This document shows positions 17,954 through 29,641 of a stretch of DNA of 64,000 nucleotides, piece by piece. A program made the position numbers and the translations under genes. Origin of the DNA: Nitrospirota bacterium (GTDB lineage: Bacteria > Nitrospirota > Nitrospiria > Nitrospirales > Nitrospiraceae); the NCBI GenBank assembly GCA_034440335.1, contig JAWXBV010000194.1:4980-68979 (forward strand). Direction: 5' to 3'. How positions within the stretch are numbered: position 1 is the stretch's first letter; each line of letters starts with the position of its first letter. Below the pieces are notes generated by a model. The model ran no database searches and was not told the origin of the DNA. It saw only the letters and a list, made by a program, of their open reading frames with translations.

Positions 17954-19153
17954 TCAGTCGACCTGCTTACGCAGGAAGGTAGGCACATCCCACTCATCAT
18001 CAGTGACCGGGGCAGTTCGCTCCATCGATCCTCTGCCATCTCCCATCCGCCGCAAGTAGGTTGGACGGTCGAGATCTTTGAAGGGCCTCTCCCCATACGA
18101 TCGTTCTCCCATCGTCTGGCCGGTACCGGTGGTCACTGTCTGTGGTATAGAACGCGAAGCCCGAGCCGCAGCCACGGGGATCGGAGTAGGCAGATCTTCC
18201 CGTTCAAATCCGGTGGCGATCACCGTCACGACCAGGTCGTCGCCCATATCGGGATTGATCACCTGTCCAACAATGATGTTGGCTTCAGGATCGGCTGTCT
18301 GCTGGACGATCGTCGCCGCTTCCTCGATCTCGTGCAGCGTCATGTTCGGTCCACCGGTGATGTTCAACAACACCCCGCGTGCGCCCTCAACACTCCCTTC
18401 CTCCAACAACGGACTGCAAATCGCCTTTTGTGCCGCTTCGATCGCCCGATTCGTTCCACGCGCCACACCCATCCCCATCACCGCGCGCCCCGTATGCGAC
18501 ATCACGGTGCGGACGTCGGCGAAATCCACGTTCACATGGCCGGTGGTCGTGATCACGTCCGCAATCCCTTGAATCGCCTGTCGGAGCACGTCATCGGCCA
18601 CCTTAAAGGCCTCGAGCAGCGGCGTCGCTTTGTCGACGATGCCGAGCAATCGCTGATTCGGGATCACGAGCAAGGTGTCCACATGGCGACGGAGATCGCG
18701 AATCCCTTCATCCGCATACACCATCCGACGATGGCCCTCGTATGAAAACGGCTTCGTCACGACCCCGACCGTCAAGATGCCGAGTTCCCGCGCGATACTC
18801 GCCACGATCGGTGCGGCGCCCGTCCCGGTTCCGCCGCCCATCCCCGCGGTTACGAACACCATATCGGCGCCCTCAAGACACTCCCGAATCTGATCCTTAC
18901 TTTCCAATGCCGAATCTTTCCCAACTTCCGGCTTCGCCCCGGCTCCGAGCCCCCTGGTCCGCTCAGGACCCAGCTGAATCTTATACGACGCCCGCGACCG
19001 ATCCAACGCCTGCAGATCGGTATTCGCCGCGATGAAATCGACCCGCGCCAATCCAGACGTGATCATGGTGTTCAGCGCGTTGCACCCGGCGCCACCGACA
19101 CCAATCACTTTAATCCGAACGGGGGACACCACATCCTCTTCAAATGAAAACAT
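17954..19153 (-). CDS. ftsZ: Cell division GTPase FtsZ
   Basis: [13 protein letters not shown] and [10 protein letters not shown] tubulin signature. GGGAGG lies upstream of the ATG at 19153. Confidence 0.95.
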   Translation of the reverse strand: MFSFEEDVVSPVRIKVIGVGGAGCNALNTMITSGLARVDFIAANTDLQALDRSRASYKIQLGPERTRGLGAGAKPEVGKDSALESKDQIRECLEGADMVFVTAGMGGGTGTGAAPIVASIARELGILTVGVVTKPFSYEGHRRMVYADEGIRDLRRHVDTLLVIPNQRLLGIVDKATPLLEAFKVADDVLRQAIQGIADVITTTGHVNVDFADVRTVMSHTGRAVMGMGVARGTNRAIEAAQKAICSPLLEEGSVEGARGVLLNITGGPNMTLHEIEEAATIVQQTADPEANIIVGQVINPDMGDDLVVTVIATGFEREDLPTPIPVAAARASRSIPQTVTTGTGQTMGERSYGERPFKDLDRPTYLRRMGDGRGSMERTAPVTDDEWDVPTFLRKQVD

Positions 19154-19206
19154 CAGGACACCTCCCTTGTTAAATCCACGTGACGACCCTTCGTCGCGCA
19201 CACCGG

Positions 19207-20451
19207 TTAAAAGAACTCGAACATCCAGGACTTCATACGATCCATTACCCTATGCAACGGACGTCCACTACGCAGACCAGCGGTGGCCATCTCCGCAAGG
19301 TGGCGTCGGGCATGGAGCAGCAGACCGACACCCGTGGCATGCATGGGATTACTGACGATGTCCCGAAGCCCTCCGACACCGCTGGGCCCGCCACGACGAG
19401 CCGGAAGATTCAAGACCTGCTCTGCCGCATCGGGCATCCCTTGCAACAACGACGTTCCGCCTGTAATCACGACCCCTGCCCCCACCATGCCCTCGTAGCC
19501 GGCCCGCACGATTTCCCGACGAACCAACTCGAATATTTCTTCGACCCGTGGCTCAAGAATCTCGGCGAGGTCACGGCGCGAGAACGTCCGTGCAGGACGA
19601 TCTCCGACCGACGGGACTTCCACCGTTTCATGGCCCTGCACCAACGCGGTTCGGGCAATCCCGTACTGCAGCTTGATCTTCTCGGCTTCGGTCTGAGAGG
19701 TCAACAACCCGATAGCAAGATCCTTCGTCAGGTTCTGCCCACCGATCGGCAAGACCGCAGAATGTCTGATGCTCCCATCGAGAAAAATCGCGAGGTCAGT
19801 CGTCCCACCACCGAGATCGATCATGACGACTCCCAGATCGCGCTCTTCCTGGCTGAGGACGGCTTCACTGGACGCCAAGGGCTGCAGCACCATATCCACG
19901 ACATCGAGTCCTGCGCGATTCACACACTTGATAATATTCTGCGCAGACGTCACCGCCCCGGTAATCACATGGACATTGACTTCGAGACGGTGTCCGGACA
20001 GACCCAACGGCTCCCGCACCCCCTCTTGCCCGTCCACCATAAATTCACGAGGGAGCACATGAAGAATCCGTCGTTCATGGGGAATGACCGCCAGAGTCCG
20101 TGCGTTTTCAATCGCACGCTGGATATCTTCTCGCGTGACTTCTGCCTTTTTGAGCGCCACCACCCCCTTGCAGTTTTCCGCGGAGATGTGGCTGCCGGCG
20201 ATGCCGGTATAGACGGAATTGATCTGGACCGCCGCCATCAGCTCAGCTTCCTCGACCGCCTTCTTGATCGATTCCACCGTGCTTTCGATATCGACGACGA
20301 CGCCTTTACGGAGCCCTCGAGACGGGCACGATCCCACCCCGATGATGTTGAGCGCTCCCGCATCGGTGACTTCAGACACGATGGCGCAGATCTTTGTGGT
20401 CCCAATATCCAACCCCACAAGAATCTGATCACGCTTCGGCACAGCCCTCAC
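19207..20451 (-). CDS. ftsA: Cell division protein FtsA
   Basis: 414 aa actin-like ATPase ([20 protein letters not shown]). Confidence 0.95.
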   Translation of the reverse strand: MRAVPKRDQILVGLDIGTTKICAIVSEVTDAGALNIIGVGSCPSRGLRKGVVVDIESTVESIKKAVEEAELMAAVQINSVYTGIAGSHISAENCKGVVALKKAEVTREDIQRAIENARTLAVIPHERRILHVLPREFMVDGQEGVREPLGLSGHRLEVNVHVITGAVTSAQNIIKCVNRAGLDVVDMVLQPLASSEAVLSQEERDLGVVMIDLGGGTTDLAIFLDGSIRHSAVLPIGGQNLTKDLAIGLLTSQTEAEKIKLQYGIARTALVQGHETVEVPSVGDRPARTFSRRDLAEILEPRVEEIFELVRREIVRAGYEGMVGAGVVITGGTSLLQGMPDAAEQVLNLPARRGGPSGVGGLRDIVSNPMHATGVGLLLHARRHLAEMATAGLRSGRPLHRVMDRMKSWMFEFF

Positions 20452-21317
20452 ACCCTTTCTCGCACAATGACACGGTTGTCATAGCGCAGATCGATCTCGC
20501 TCACCGCGCGCGTTCCCTCATCGAATGATCCGGTTTTAAATGATGGATTCACTTTTCGGAACCGTTCCCACTGATCGACCAGAGAATCCTCGCCAAACTG
20601 GAATCGCACCCCATTGGCGAGCGCCACCACATTCGAGACATTCGAGAGATCGACCTCAACCCGCCCGTCGAAGCTATTGGCGATGAGCTTGGCCAATACG
20701 ACCCCGGACTGAACCGCGTTGCGTACGCGTGCCTCTCCGCGCTGAAGAGACTGAGCCTCCAGCCCAATCAACAAGGGAAGCGTCGGGTCATCCTGCCTGC
20801 CCAACTTGGCAAGGAGGTATCCGCCCTCATCGCTCAACCAATGGTCCCCACCTGCCCGAATAATGGCGGCCGGCGTGCGCTCCATGACACTGACATGCAG
20901 TAGATGCGGCGGCCGGCGTTCGACCGTCGCCTCCTTGATCCAGGCATGTGCCCGCACTCGCTCGGCAAGAAACACGGTGCTGACTTGATGAAGCCCCATG
21001 CCGGGCTTCAAGACGAGCCGCTCCACTACTTCCTGTTTCGCCACATGATGAAGGCCTTCAACCTCTACCTCGCGGATCTCCAACCAGTCCTGAAGAATCG
21101 GTCCCATCCCTCGCGTGGCCATAGTCAGCCCCCAAGCCAACGCCGCAAGACCGACGACCCATAGTCCCACACGCAGTGCACGCCGGCCCCGCGAGCAGAG
21201 TCTCTCCCGGCGCGCCTGTTGATGCTCCTCCGAGATCTGACTGGCACGCGCGCCCTTCCATTGGTTCAACCGTGGGCCGATAGGAGGCATCGCTCGCTTC
21301 CCTATGAGCGCCTTCAT
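20448..21317 (-). CDS. ftsQ: Cell division protein FtsQ (POTRA)
   Basis: 289 aa, single TM then POTRA-like IREVEVEGLHHV. 4-nt overlaps with both ddl and ftsA. Confidence 0.85.
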   Translation of the reverse strand: MKALIGKRAMPPIGPRLNQWKGARASQISEEHQQARRERLCSRGRRALRVGLWVVGLAALAWGLTMATRGMGPILQDWLEIREVEVEGLHHVAKQEVVERLVLKPGMGLHQVSTVFLAERVRAHAWIKEATVERRPPHLLHVSVMERTPAAIIRAGGDHWLSDEGGYLLAKLGRQDDPTLPLLIGLEAQSLQRGEARVRNAVQSGVVLAKLIANSFDGRVEVDLSNVSNVVALANGVRFQFGEDSLVDQWERFRKVNPSFKTGSFDEGTRAVSEIDLRYDNRVIVRERV

Positions 21318-22324
21318 GGCAGGCCCCCTTCGACTGACGAACGGTCGCGGCAGGCGGCACGAACGAGGGCGGACTCAAGAATCCGTTCGGTCAGCTCGTC
21401 ATAATCGATCTTGGCCTGGGCCGCCGCCATCGGCAGCAAACTCGTTTCAGTCATGCCCGGTGCGGTATTCATCTCCAGCACGACAGGGCGGCCACGCGGG
21501 GTGATACGGAAATCCACTCTGGCCGCGCCTGCACAGCCCAGTACCTCGTAAGTGCGTAGCGCCAACGCGCGGATTTGCCTGGTCACTACCACAGTTAAAG
21601 GCGCAGGACAGAGATACTGGGTTTTCCCCTTTTCATACTTCGCGGCAAAATCGTAGAAGCCTCCCGGCGCCACAATTTCCACGGCAGGGAGCACCAACGG
21701 AGAATCGCCGGGCCTCCCAATGATCGACACCGTGACCTCATGCCCCGGAATGTAGGCCTCGACCATCGCCTCGGTGTCGTAGCGATGGGCCAAGGCCAGG
21801 GCGTCGTGCCATTGCGACGGCTTCCGCACAATGGTGACGCCGATCGTGGACCCTTGCGACGCAGGCTTCACCACAACAGGCCAACGCAATTTCGCCGCCC
21901 GTAGCAGCGTCGCACTTGAGACCTTCTCTCCGCGCTTCACGACTGTGCCGGCCGGCACAGGAATACCCGCTGAGGCCAAGAGTGTTTTCGTCGTCACTTT
22001 ATGCATGCTGATCGCACTGGCCTGGATACCGGATCCCGTGTAGGAAATTCCCAAGGTGTCCAGAAATCCTTGGATCGTGCCGTCTTCCCCACCCGGTCCA
22101 TGTAACGCCAGAAATACCAGGGCAATCTTCTGATCGCGCAAATCCTGAGAGAGCGTCGGGCCAACATCGATGGCCACCGCATCGTAGCCACGACGGGCCA
22201 GCGACCGATGTACCGCGGCGCCCGTCCGGAGCGACACCTCGCGCTCAGCCGATTGCCCACCCATCAGCACCCCAATACGGACGTGAGTCAGAAGGGGTCG
22301 TTCTGTCGGACGAGGCTCGCTCAT
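21314..22324 (-). CDS. ddl: D-alanine--D-alanine ligase
   Basis: IGVLMGGQSAEREVSL, LHGPGGEDGTIQG, ATP-grasp C-terminus LEMNTAPGMT. Confidence 0.95.
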   Translation of the reverse strand: MSEPRPTERPLLTHVRIGVLMGGQSAEREVSLRTGAAVHRSLARRGYDAVAIDVGPTLSQDLRDQKIALVFLALHGPGGEDGTIQGFLDTLGISYTGSGIQASAISMHKVTTKTLLASAGIPVPAGTVVKRGEKVSSATLLRAAKLRWPVVVKPASQGSTIGVTIVRKPSQWHDALALAHRYDTEAMVEAYIPGHEVTVSIIGRPGDSPLVLPAVEIVAPGGFYDFAAKYEKGKTQYLCPAPLTVVVTRQIRALALRTYEVLGCAGAARVDFRITPRGRPVVLEMNTAPGMTETSLLPMAAAQAKIDYDELTERILESALVRAACRDRSSVEGGLP

Positions 22325-22328
22325 ATGG

Positions 22329-23279
22329 CTATCTCTCTCCTACGATTTTGAGTTCAAGATCTAACCGTATACCGGCCCGGCGGCGAATCACGCTACGGAC
22401 CTTCCCGATCAGCGCAATGACATCCGCCGCACGCGCCTGTCCCCGATTCACCATAAAATTGGCATGCTTCAACGAGACTTCTGCATCGCCGACACGTGCC
22501 CCCTTGAGGCCGGTCGCCTCGATCAATCGGCCGGCGGAATCGTTCGGAGGGTTCTTGAACACGCACCCAGCGCTGGGCATCGCGAGCGGCTGCGTGTCCC
22601 GCCGATAGTGGAGATAGTCCTTGACGACGCGCTCGATCTCCGATCGTATCCCCTGCGTCAATTGAAGCCACACCCCCACGACGATGCCGCGCGGCAGCAA
22701 GGCCCGTCGATACTCGAACCTGACCTGAGCTGCCTCAAGATCCACAACCTGGCCTTTCATATTCACCATGCGAACGGCCTTGACCGAATCCTTCATCTCT
22801 CCGAGCTTTGTCCCGGCGTTCATCACCGCACAACCGGCCACAGTCCCTGGAATTCCCGCTGCCCATTCCAATCCCGCAAGAGAGTGGCGGATGGCATACC
22901 CCATCAACGTCGGCATCCCAACTCCCCCCTCCGCATACAGCACGGACCCTGGCTCTTCTGAAATGGCCCGCAACCGCGCCAGACTGACCACGATGCCGCG
23001 GATTCCCCCATCTCGAACTAACAGATTCGTTCCACCCAGGACGAACCACGGAATCTTGCGCGCACGCGCCTGACTGATCACCATGCAGACATCCTCAATA
23101 TCAGCCGGTTCCACCACGACATCCGCCGGCCCTCCGATCTTGAACGAGGTGTACTCCCGTAGCGGAGCCTGAAAGGACAGGGATCCCCGGAGCCCTGCCA
23201 CGGCAGTCCGCACATCGGCCTGTGTGAATCGCCCACGCACTCTCCCGGCTGTCGTGATCTGCCGACCACCTTGTTTCAT
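22329..23279 (-). CDS. murB: UDP-N-acetylenolpyruvoylglucosamine reductase
   Basis: 316 aa, FAD-binding FKIGGPADV...LGGTNLLV, GCVFKNP. Confidence 0.9.
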   Translation of the reverse strand: MKQGGRQITTAGRVRGRFTQADVRTAVAGLRGSLSFQAPLREYTSFKIGGPADVVVEPADIEDVCMVISQARARKIPWFVLGGTNLLVRDGGIRGIVVSLARLRAISEEPGSVLYAEGGVGMPTLMGYAIRHSLAGLEWAAGIPGTVAGCAVMNAGTKLGEMKDSVKAVRMVNMKGQVVDLEAAQVRFEYRRALLPRGIVVGVWLQLTQGIRSEIERVVKDYLHYRRDTQPLAMPSAGCVFKNPPNDSAGRLIEATGLKGARVGDAEVSLKHANFMVNRGQARAADVIALIGKVRSVIRRRAGIRLDLELKIVGER

Positions 23280-23283
23280 GACA

Positions 23284-24675
23284 TCATGCGGTGGGGGTCA
23301 ATTTGGCCAACAATCCAAGCCCCGTCTTCCAAATATCCCCCGCCCCTAATGTGATGACGAGATCTCCCGATTTCAGGTGAGGCAGCACCTGATCCACCAA
23401 CTGATCCTTGTGTTCCACAAAGGTGACAGACGGATGGCCGGCCGCACGGACAAGATCCGCCAACTTGGCTCCAGACACCCCAGGAATCGGCTGCTCCCCT
23501 GCCGCATAGATGTCCGCCAAGAACAAGACGTCTGCTTGATCGAACGCCTTCGTGAAATCCTCCAGCAAGTCTCGCGTCCTGGTATATCGATGCGGCTGAA
23601 ACACCACCACCAACCGCCGGTCCCCCCACCCTTGTTTTGCCGCAGCCAACGTAGCTTTAATCTCAGTCGGATGATGCCCATAGTCGTCCACGACCATGAT
23701 CCCGTTGGCTTCTCCTCGCAAATGGAAGCGACGCTCGACCCCGGCATAGGCCGCCAGCGCTTTCCTGATGAGGTCCACCGGCACATCCAATTCGATGCCG
23801 ATTGCAATCGCCGCAAGCGCGTTGGACACATTGTGTCGACCCGGCACCGCCAGGCGGAACGGGCCCAGATTGCGCCCACGGAACTGCGCCCGAAACTCAG
23901 CGCCCCATTGGTTCAAACTGATCTCTGTCGCATAGAAGTCCGGCGCGACTCCCTCACGTTCACTGAGCCCATAGGTGTGATAGCGCTTCACGATGTTCGG
24001 AAACAGCGCCCGGAGGCGATCATCGTCGGCGCACAACACAGCCAACCCATAGAACGGCACTTTATTGATAAACTCGAGAAAGCACTCATTGATCCGTTCC
24101 ATGCTGCCGTAATGATCGAGATGTTCCCGATCGAGATTCGTGACCACGACAAGGGTCGGAGACAGGCGAAGAAAGGATCCATCGCTCTCATCGGCTTCCG
24201 CCACGAGGAGATCGCCTCGACCAAGACGGGCATGACTCCCCAGCGCGTTCACTTTGCCCCCGATCACCATCGTCGGATCCAACCCGCCCTGCGCCAGCAC
24301 ATTGGCGACCATCGACGTCGTCGTCGTTTTTCCGTGAGCCCCGGCAATGGCGACTCCGAATTTCAGCCGCATCAGCTCCGCCAGCATCTCGGCCCGAGGA
24401 ATCACGGGAACCTGCTTCGCCTTGGCCGCCACGACCTCAGGGTTCTGAGCCGACACGGCGGAGGAGATGACCACCACTTGCGCTTCCCCCACATTCGACT
24501 CCTGATGGCCGACAAAGATACGCCCGCCGAGCTCTTCCAATCTCCTCGTCGTATCGGAGGCCTGCAGGTCGGAGCCCGTCACTTTGAACCCCAGCGTCAA
24601 CAGCACCTCAGCGATGCCGCTCATTCCAGAACCCCCGATTCCGACTAAGTGAATCTGTTGTGTCTTACGAAACAT
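23284..24675 (-). CDS. murC: UDP-N-acetylmuramate--L-alanine ligase
   Basis: HLVGIGGSGMSGIA, AGAHGKTTTTSM. Confidence 0.95.
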   Translation of the reverse strand: MFRKTQQIHLVGIGGSGMSGIAEVLLTLGFKVTGSDLQASDTTRRLEELGGRIFVGHQESNVGEAQVVVISSAVSAQNPEVVAAKAKQVPVIPRAEMLAELMRLKFGVAIAGAHGKTTTTSMVANVLAQGGLDPTMVIGGKVNALGSHARLGRGDLLVAEADESDGSFLRLSPTLVVVTNLDREHLDHYGSMERINECFLEFINKVPFYGLAVLCADDDRLRALFPNIVKRYHTYGLSEREGVAPDFYATEISLNQWGAEFRAQFRGRNLGPFRLAVPGRHNVSNALAAIAIGIELDVPVDLIRKALAAYAGVERRFHLRGEANGIMVVDDYGHHPTEIKATLAAAKQGWGDRRLVVVFQPHRYTRTRDLLEDFTKAFDQADVLFLADIYAAGEQPIPGVSGAKLADLVRAAGHPSVTFVEHKDQLVDQVLPHLKSGDLVITLGAGDIWKTGLGLLAKLTPTA

Positions 24676-24742
24676 CCCTGCGCGCCTTACTCCACCAACC
24701 GGTGGATACGACTGTCATTTTATCCCTGTGGCCAAGACCACA

Positions 24743-25861
24743 TTAGACTCCTGCCGCTCCAACAGATCGGGGGACATCATGATGTCCCCCCATGAGTGCG
24801 TAACATTCGCGGACGATCACCTCCGCGGCATCGATTCGCCGCAGGGAGAGACTCGCCGCTCTCATCGCCCGCAATCGCTCAGGGTCTCCGAGAATGCCCG
24901 CCACGGTGCGGACGAACAGAGATCCCGTGAGTGCAGATTGCGGAAGGAGCACGGCAGCCCCGGCCGACTCCATCACCTTGGCATTTCTCGTCTGATGGTC
25001 GTAGATGGCGGACGGCAACGGAATGAGGATGGCCGGCTTTCCACAGGCCATGAGTTCCGCCACCGTCATGGCTCCGGCTCTCGCCACAACCAGATCCGCC
25101 TCCCGTAGCGCCGACGGCATATCATAAATAAATGGCATGACCTGTGGCGTGATGCCGGCGCGACGATAGGCATCGGAGACCCGCGCATGGTCGGACTCGC
25201 CGGTCTGATGGGTCACGGTGAGATGCGGCAACTGCTTCATCAGATCGGGTAATCCTTCCATCACCGCGGTGTTCATCGCCTTGGCCCCCTGACTTCCCCC
25301 AAATATCAGCAGATGTGGCGGCACTGACATCTCTCGCTCCTGTTCAAGACCCTCCAGGAACGCCTTCCGAATCGGGGTCCCCACCACACGCACCTTGGAA
25401 CGATCGAACGAATCAGCCGCCGACTCAAACGCAAGAAAGACGCGTTGGGCGAAGGGTCCCACCGCTTTATTCGCCATGCCGGGATTCGCATTCGGCTCTA
25501 GAATCACGCGCGCCACCCTCGCCAACGCTGCCGCAAGCACCATCATCGGACTCGTATAGCCACCGACCCCGATCACCAGATCCGCCCGTCTGGTTCGAAG
25601 GATTCTCAGGCACTGCCACAAACTGACCGGCATGGCACACAATCCTGTCAGCGCCCCCAACAGACTCTTGCCCATCACTGGTTTGGCACTGATCAACGCC
25701 AGCTCGAACCCCTCGTGGGCAAGCACGTTCGATTCGAGTCCCCGCGCCGTTCCCACGAACAGCACCTGCGTCCTGGGATCGGATCGGAGAAACTCTCGCG
25801 CTAAGGCCACAGCCGGATAGAGATGGCCACCGGTTCCTCCTGCGGCAATCACGATCGTCAT
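24743..25861 (-). CDS. murG: Undecaprenyldiphospho-muramoylpentapeptide beta-N-acetylglucosaminyltransferase
   Basis: Only the C-terminal 372 aa of the 785-aa track ORF are MurG, starting at MTIVIAAGGTGGHLYPA. The ATG overlaps the ftsW stop (ATGA). Confidence 0.9.
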   Translation of the reverse strand: MTIVIAAGGTGGHLYPAVALAREFLRSDPRTQVLFVGTARGLESNVLAHEGFELALISAKPVMGKSLLGALTGLCAMPVSLWQCLRILRTRRADLVIGVGGYTSPMMVLAAALARVARVILEPNANPGMANKAVGPFAQRVFLAFESAADSFDRSKVRVVGTPIRKAFLEGLEQEREMSVPPHLLIFGGSQGAKAMNTAVMEGLPDLMKQLPHLTVTHQTGESDHARVSDAYRRAGITPQVMPFIYDMPSALREADLVVARAGAMTVAELMACGKPAILIPLPSAIYDHQTRNAKVMESAGAAVLLPQSALTGSLFVRTVAGILGDPERLRAMRAASLSLRRIDAAEVIVRECYALMGGHHDVPRSVGAAGV

Positions 25862-27051
25862 TCGTGATCCGATCCACCACGTGATCCACCGGCATGCCGA
25901 TCCCGAGAAATACTGAGCAAAATTCCCACCCCGATCAGACTGACCACCAGCGACGATCCTCCATAGCTCACGAACGGTAAGGTGAGGCCTTTCGTCGGCA
26001 ACAGCCCCGTCACCACTGCCGCATTCACCAAGGCCTGCACGCCGATCAACAGGGTAATCCCCATACCGAGATAGCGACCGAACGGCTCCCGTGCGCGTGC
26101 GGCGATCTGAACCCCTCTCCAGACAAAAATGGCAAACAACAAGATGATCGAGGCGGTGCCGATGAGCCCCAGTTCTTCGCCGACCAACGCCAGGACAAAA
26201 TCCGTATGCGCCTCCGGGAGGAAATAGAGTTTCTGTTTGCCTTCGCCCAATCCCACTCCGAACGGACCGCCGCTGCCGAAGGCCAAGAAAGACTGGGTGA
26301 TTTGGAATCCGGCATCCGACGGATCTTTCCATGGAGCCAGAAACGTCATGAGCCGCTCGCGCCGATAACTGGAACCAAGCACCAGCGCCAGCATGGCTGG
26401 AATCGCACAGAGACCGAGAGTCAAGAGATGGGAGAGGCGTGCCCCGGCGAGAAAACACATGCCGATTGTCACCAGTCCAAGCACCACCACCGTCCCAAGA
26501 TCCGGTTCGAGCAGGACCAGTCCACTCAGCAGTCCGATCACAATCAAGGCCGGAAGCAGGCCATCGAGGAACGACCTGATCTTGGCGGCTTTTTTGCTCA
26601 GATACGCGGCCAGATAGATGACCGCCACAAGCTTGACCAGTTCCCCCGGCTGCACCGAGATAGGCCCCAACAGCAACCATCGTCGCGCTCCCTTGCCCGC
26701 CACACCAATAGACGGCATCAGCACCATGACGAGCAGCACCACGATACCGGCCAATATCGGAATGGAGAGTTTTTTCCAGAGCGTGTAATCGAGTCGCGAC
26801 ATGAGATGCATCAACACAAGGCCAACGGCGAGCCAGGCGACCTGCCGCTTGAGGAAAAACCCGGGATCCTGATGCTTCCCATTGCCTGCCATAATGGCGC
26901 TCGCGCTGAACACCATGACGAGCCCCACCAACGCCAGGATCATGGTGATCGCCAAGAGCGTGTGGTCCGCCGCCACCCGTTGCTTGCCGGCCCGTTGGCC
27001 GGCGGTCTGGGGCCATGGCAGCGCCAGAGTCCCTGCTGATCGATGCGCCAT
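25858..27051 (-). CDS. ftsW: Peptidoglycan glycosyltransferase FtsW (SEDS family)
   Basis: 397 aa, about 10 TM segments, SEDS motifs (GVAGKGARRWL, PEAHTDF, PFVSYGGSS). Confidence 0.9.
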   Translation of the reverse strand: MAHRSAGTLALPWPQTAGQRAGKQRVAADHTLLAITMILALVGLVMVFSASAIMAGNGKHQDPGFFLKRQVAWLAVGLVLMHLMSRLDYTLWKKLSIPILAGIVVLLVMVLMPSIGVAGKGARRWLLLGPISVQPGELVKLVAVIYLAAYLSKKAAKIRSFLDGLLPALIVIGLLSGLVLLEPDLGTVVVLGLVTIGMCFLAGARLSHLLTLGLCAIPAMLALVLGSSYRRERLMTFLAPWKDPSDAGFQITQSFLAFGSGGPFGVGLGEGKQKLYFLPEAHTDFVLALVGEELGLIGTASIILLFAIFVWRGVQIAARAREPFGRYLGMGITLLIGVQALVNAAVVTGLLPTKGLTLPFVSYGGSSLVVSLIGVGILLSISRDRHAGGSRGGSDHE

Positions 27052-27083
27052 GGCTCAGAATCGTCCCTTCCACGCCTGGCACG

Positions 27084-28493
27084 TCACGCCGGTAAGGCAT
27101 GAATCAATGCCTTGAATTGACGGCCACGGTCTTGATAGTCCGCAAACATGTCGAAGCTGGCACAGGCCGGGGACAACAACACGACTTCTCCCTGTGAGGC
27201 CCCTTGCGCCGCACAATCCACGGCGTCACGTAGAGTGGCCGCCTCGGTCATCGTGGCGACACCCGCCCACGCCTGTCGCAACAGCGGCGCAGCCTCTCCG
27301 ATCAGAATCACCCGCTTGACCCGCCGACCGACGGCCTGGGCGAGTCGAGAAAAATCGCCTCCCTTATCCCGCCCACCGGCAATAAGCCAAATCGGTTGTT
27401 CAATACTCTCCAGCGCTTTGAGCGTGGCATCGACATTCGTGCCCTTCGAATCGTTTACAAATCTGACCCCCCGACGCTCGCGGACAATTTCAAGCGCATG
27501 TTCGAGCCCGGGAAACGTCGCGAGGACCCGGCGAATCGCCTCGAGAGGACACCCACACAGCAGGGCATAGGTCGTCGCCGCCATGACGTTTTCCACATTG
27601 TGGTGCCCGATGATACGGATCTCGCTTCGATGGCAAATCTCCTGCCGCACCCCAGTCACCGTCGTCACGATCCTGTCGCCTTCGAGGTAGGTGCCCCCAT
27701 GCATATCAGCGCCGATCGTCGAAGCCGTCGTAAATCCCAGTTTTTTGGCACGAACCTTCTGTCGAAGCCCGGCCACACGATCATCGTCAAGATTGAACAG
27801 GGCGAAATCAGACGCGGTTTGATTTTCGAAGATCCGTTGTTTCGCTGCGACGTATTCATCCAACGACTCATACCGGTCCTGGTGATCGACCGTCACGTTG
27901 AGTAGTGCGGCGATCCAAGGATGGAATCGATCGATGGTTTCGAGCTGGAAACTGGACACCTCGACGACGAGATAGTCGAACGGACTCGCCTTTCCTGCCT
28001 GGCTGGCGCGAAGGTCTTCCACCGCCGCTTCGCTTAAGGCGGTGCCCAAATTGCCGCCCACAAACGCCCGCTTGCCGCTCTCGGCGAGAAACTTGCCGAT
28101 CAGAGTCACCGTCGTGCTCTTGCCATTGGTGCCTGTGATAGCCAGGAGGGGGCTTCGGAAGAACTGCGACGCGAGCTCCAATTCGCTGATCACCTTCACG
28201 CCACGCCGACGCACCGCTTCGAGCGGGGCGAGTCGAGAGGGCACTCCGGGGCTGATCACCACCAGGTCTGCCTCATCGAGCGACGACTCGTACCCTGCCC
28301 CAACGGTGATACCGACGTGATCGCGATCGATATCGCCGAGCACGGATGCCAGTTCCGCCGGTTCCTTCCGATCCGCCACCGTGACACGTGCTCCCGCCGC
28401 CTGAAGCAACCGACACGCCGCTACGCCGCTTCTGGCAAGCCCCATAATCGTGACACGCGCTCCCGCAAGTTCCACAGCTGTTTCTCCCACCAT
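27084..28493 (-). CDS. murD: UDP-N-acetylmuramoylalanine--D-glutamate ligase
   Basis: [18 protein letters not shown]. Confidence 0.95.
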   Translation of the reverse strand: MVGETAVELAGARVTIMGLARSGVAACRLLQAAGARVTVADRKEPAELASVLGDIDRDHVGITVGAGYESSLDEADLVVISPGVPSRLAPLEAVRRRGVKVISELELASQFFRSPLLAITGTNGKSTTVTLIGKFLAESGKRAFVGGNLGTALSEAAVEDLRASQAGKASPFDYLVVEVSSFQLETIDRFHPWIAALLNVTVDHQDRYESLDEYVAAKQRIFENQTASDFALFNLDDDRVAGLRQKVRAKKLGFTTASTIGADMHGGTYLEGDRIVTTVTGVRQEICHRSEIRIIGHHNVENVMAATTYALLCGCPLEAIRRVLATFPGLEHALEIVRERRGVRFVNDSKGTNVDATLKALESIEQPIWLIAGGRDKGGDFSRLAQAVGRRVKRVILIGEAAPLLRQAWAGVATMTEAATLRDAVDCAAQGASQGEVVLLSPACASFDMFADYQDRGRQFKALIHALPA

Positions 28494-28497
28494 GCCG

Positions 28498-29574
28498 TTA
28501 CCGAAGCTTTAACGTACTCAGACTCAGCAAGGCCAATAAGATGGCGATGATCCACAAACGCACCACAACTTTGGGCTCCTCCCACCCTTTCATCTCAAAG
28601 TGATGGTGGATGGGCGCCATGAGAAAAATACGTTTCCCGCGTGCCTTGAACGAGATCACCTGAAAAATGACCGAGACCGCTTCAATCACAAACACACCGC
28701 CGACCATGAGAAGTAGCAGCTCGTGCTTGCTGATCACCGCAACCGTGCCCAGCGCCGCTCCGAGTGGAAGTGAGCCCACATCCCCCATGAACACGGAAGC
28801 CGGATAGGTGTTGAACCACAAAAATCCAAGACTGGCTCCCAGAATGGCGGCAGTAAACACCGCAAGCTCACCTGCGCCCTCAATGTGCGGGATGAACAGG
28901 TAGTCCGACATGAGTCGATGGCCTGTGACATAGGCCACGATCGTATAGGCCATCGCCGCAATCATGACAGGCCCCACCGCAAGCCCATCGAGGCCATCGG
29001 TCAGATTGACGGCGTTGGAACTCCCGACAATCACGACCACGGCAAAGATGACGTAGAACCAGCCGAGATCGGGCACGATATTCTTGAAAAACGGGATGCT
29101 GAGCTTGGTCGTATACCCGGGCAGGAAATAGAGGGCCAGCGCGATCGCCAAGGCCACCGCCACTTGCGCCGTGAACTTCTGTCCCACCGATAGCCCCTTC
29201 GATTGGGTCTTCATGAACTTGAGATAGTCGTCGATAAATCCAATCGCGCCGAACCCCAACATGGAGATGAGCACCAGCCAGACATAGGGCCTCGCCATAT
29301 CGGCCCAGAGGAGCGTCGAGAACACGACCGCGAAGAGGATGAGAATCCCGCCCATGGTGGGCGTACCGCTCTTCGCCAGATGACCTTTCGGGCCGTCGGA
29401 ACGAATCTGCTGACCCAGCTTAATGTCTTGCAACTTCCTAATCACCCAGGGGGCCAACACAAAGGCGATCAAGAATGCCGTCACAGCCCCATAGATGATC
29501 CGAAAGCTCAAATATCGAGAGACGTTCAGAAATGAATATTCCGTATGAAACGGATACAGCCAGTTGTAGAGCAT
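28498..29574 (-). CDS. mraY: Phospho-N-acetylmuramoyl-pentapeptide transferase
   Basis: MLYNWLYPF..., [32 protein letters not shown]. The ORF-track start at 29619 is probably an extension. Confidence 0.95.
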   Translation of the reverse strand: MLYNWLYPFHTEYSFLNVSRYLSFRIIYGAVTAFLIAFVLAPWVIRKLQDIKLGQQIRSDGPKGHLAKSGTPTMGGILILFAVVFSTLLWADMARPYVWLVLISMLGFGAIGFIDDYLKFMKTQSKGLSVGQKFTAQVAVALAIALALYFLPGYTTKLSIPFFKNIVPDLGWFYVIFAVVVIVGSSNAVNLTDGLDGLAVGPVMIAAMAYTIVAYVTGHRLMSDYLFIPHIEGAGELAVFTAAILGASLGFLWFNTYPASVFMGDVGSLPLGAALGTVAVISKHELLLLMVGGVFVIEAVSVIFQVISFKARGKRIFLMAPIHHHFEMKGWEEPKVVVRLWIIAILLALLSLSTLKLR

Positions 29575-29641
29575 ACGGTCTGAACCTTCACAATAAGCCG
29601 ACCCATCGAGCCGACTCATGCACCGAACGGACGCCGACCTT

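Noticed and set aside
19180-20484. Long plus-strand ORFs antisense to the dcw and other genes (434 aa here; also 23377-24648, 17181-17927, 26206-27039, 37249-38241, 59278-60123, 58349-59044)
   Set aside because: These are typical shadow ORFs of GC-rich coding DNA. They are Arg/His/Pro-rich with no motifs, and each fully overlaps a strongly supported gene on the other strand.
24743-27100. A 785-aa minus-strand ORF that looks like a fused FtsW-MurG protein
   Set aside because: Only the last 372 aa (from MTIVIAAGGTGGH at 25861) are MurG. The N-terminal ~410 aa are an Arg/Gly-rich out-of-frame read-through of the ftsW region. The genuine SEDS protein is encoded by 25858-27051 in another frame, with an ATGA stop/start overlap.
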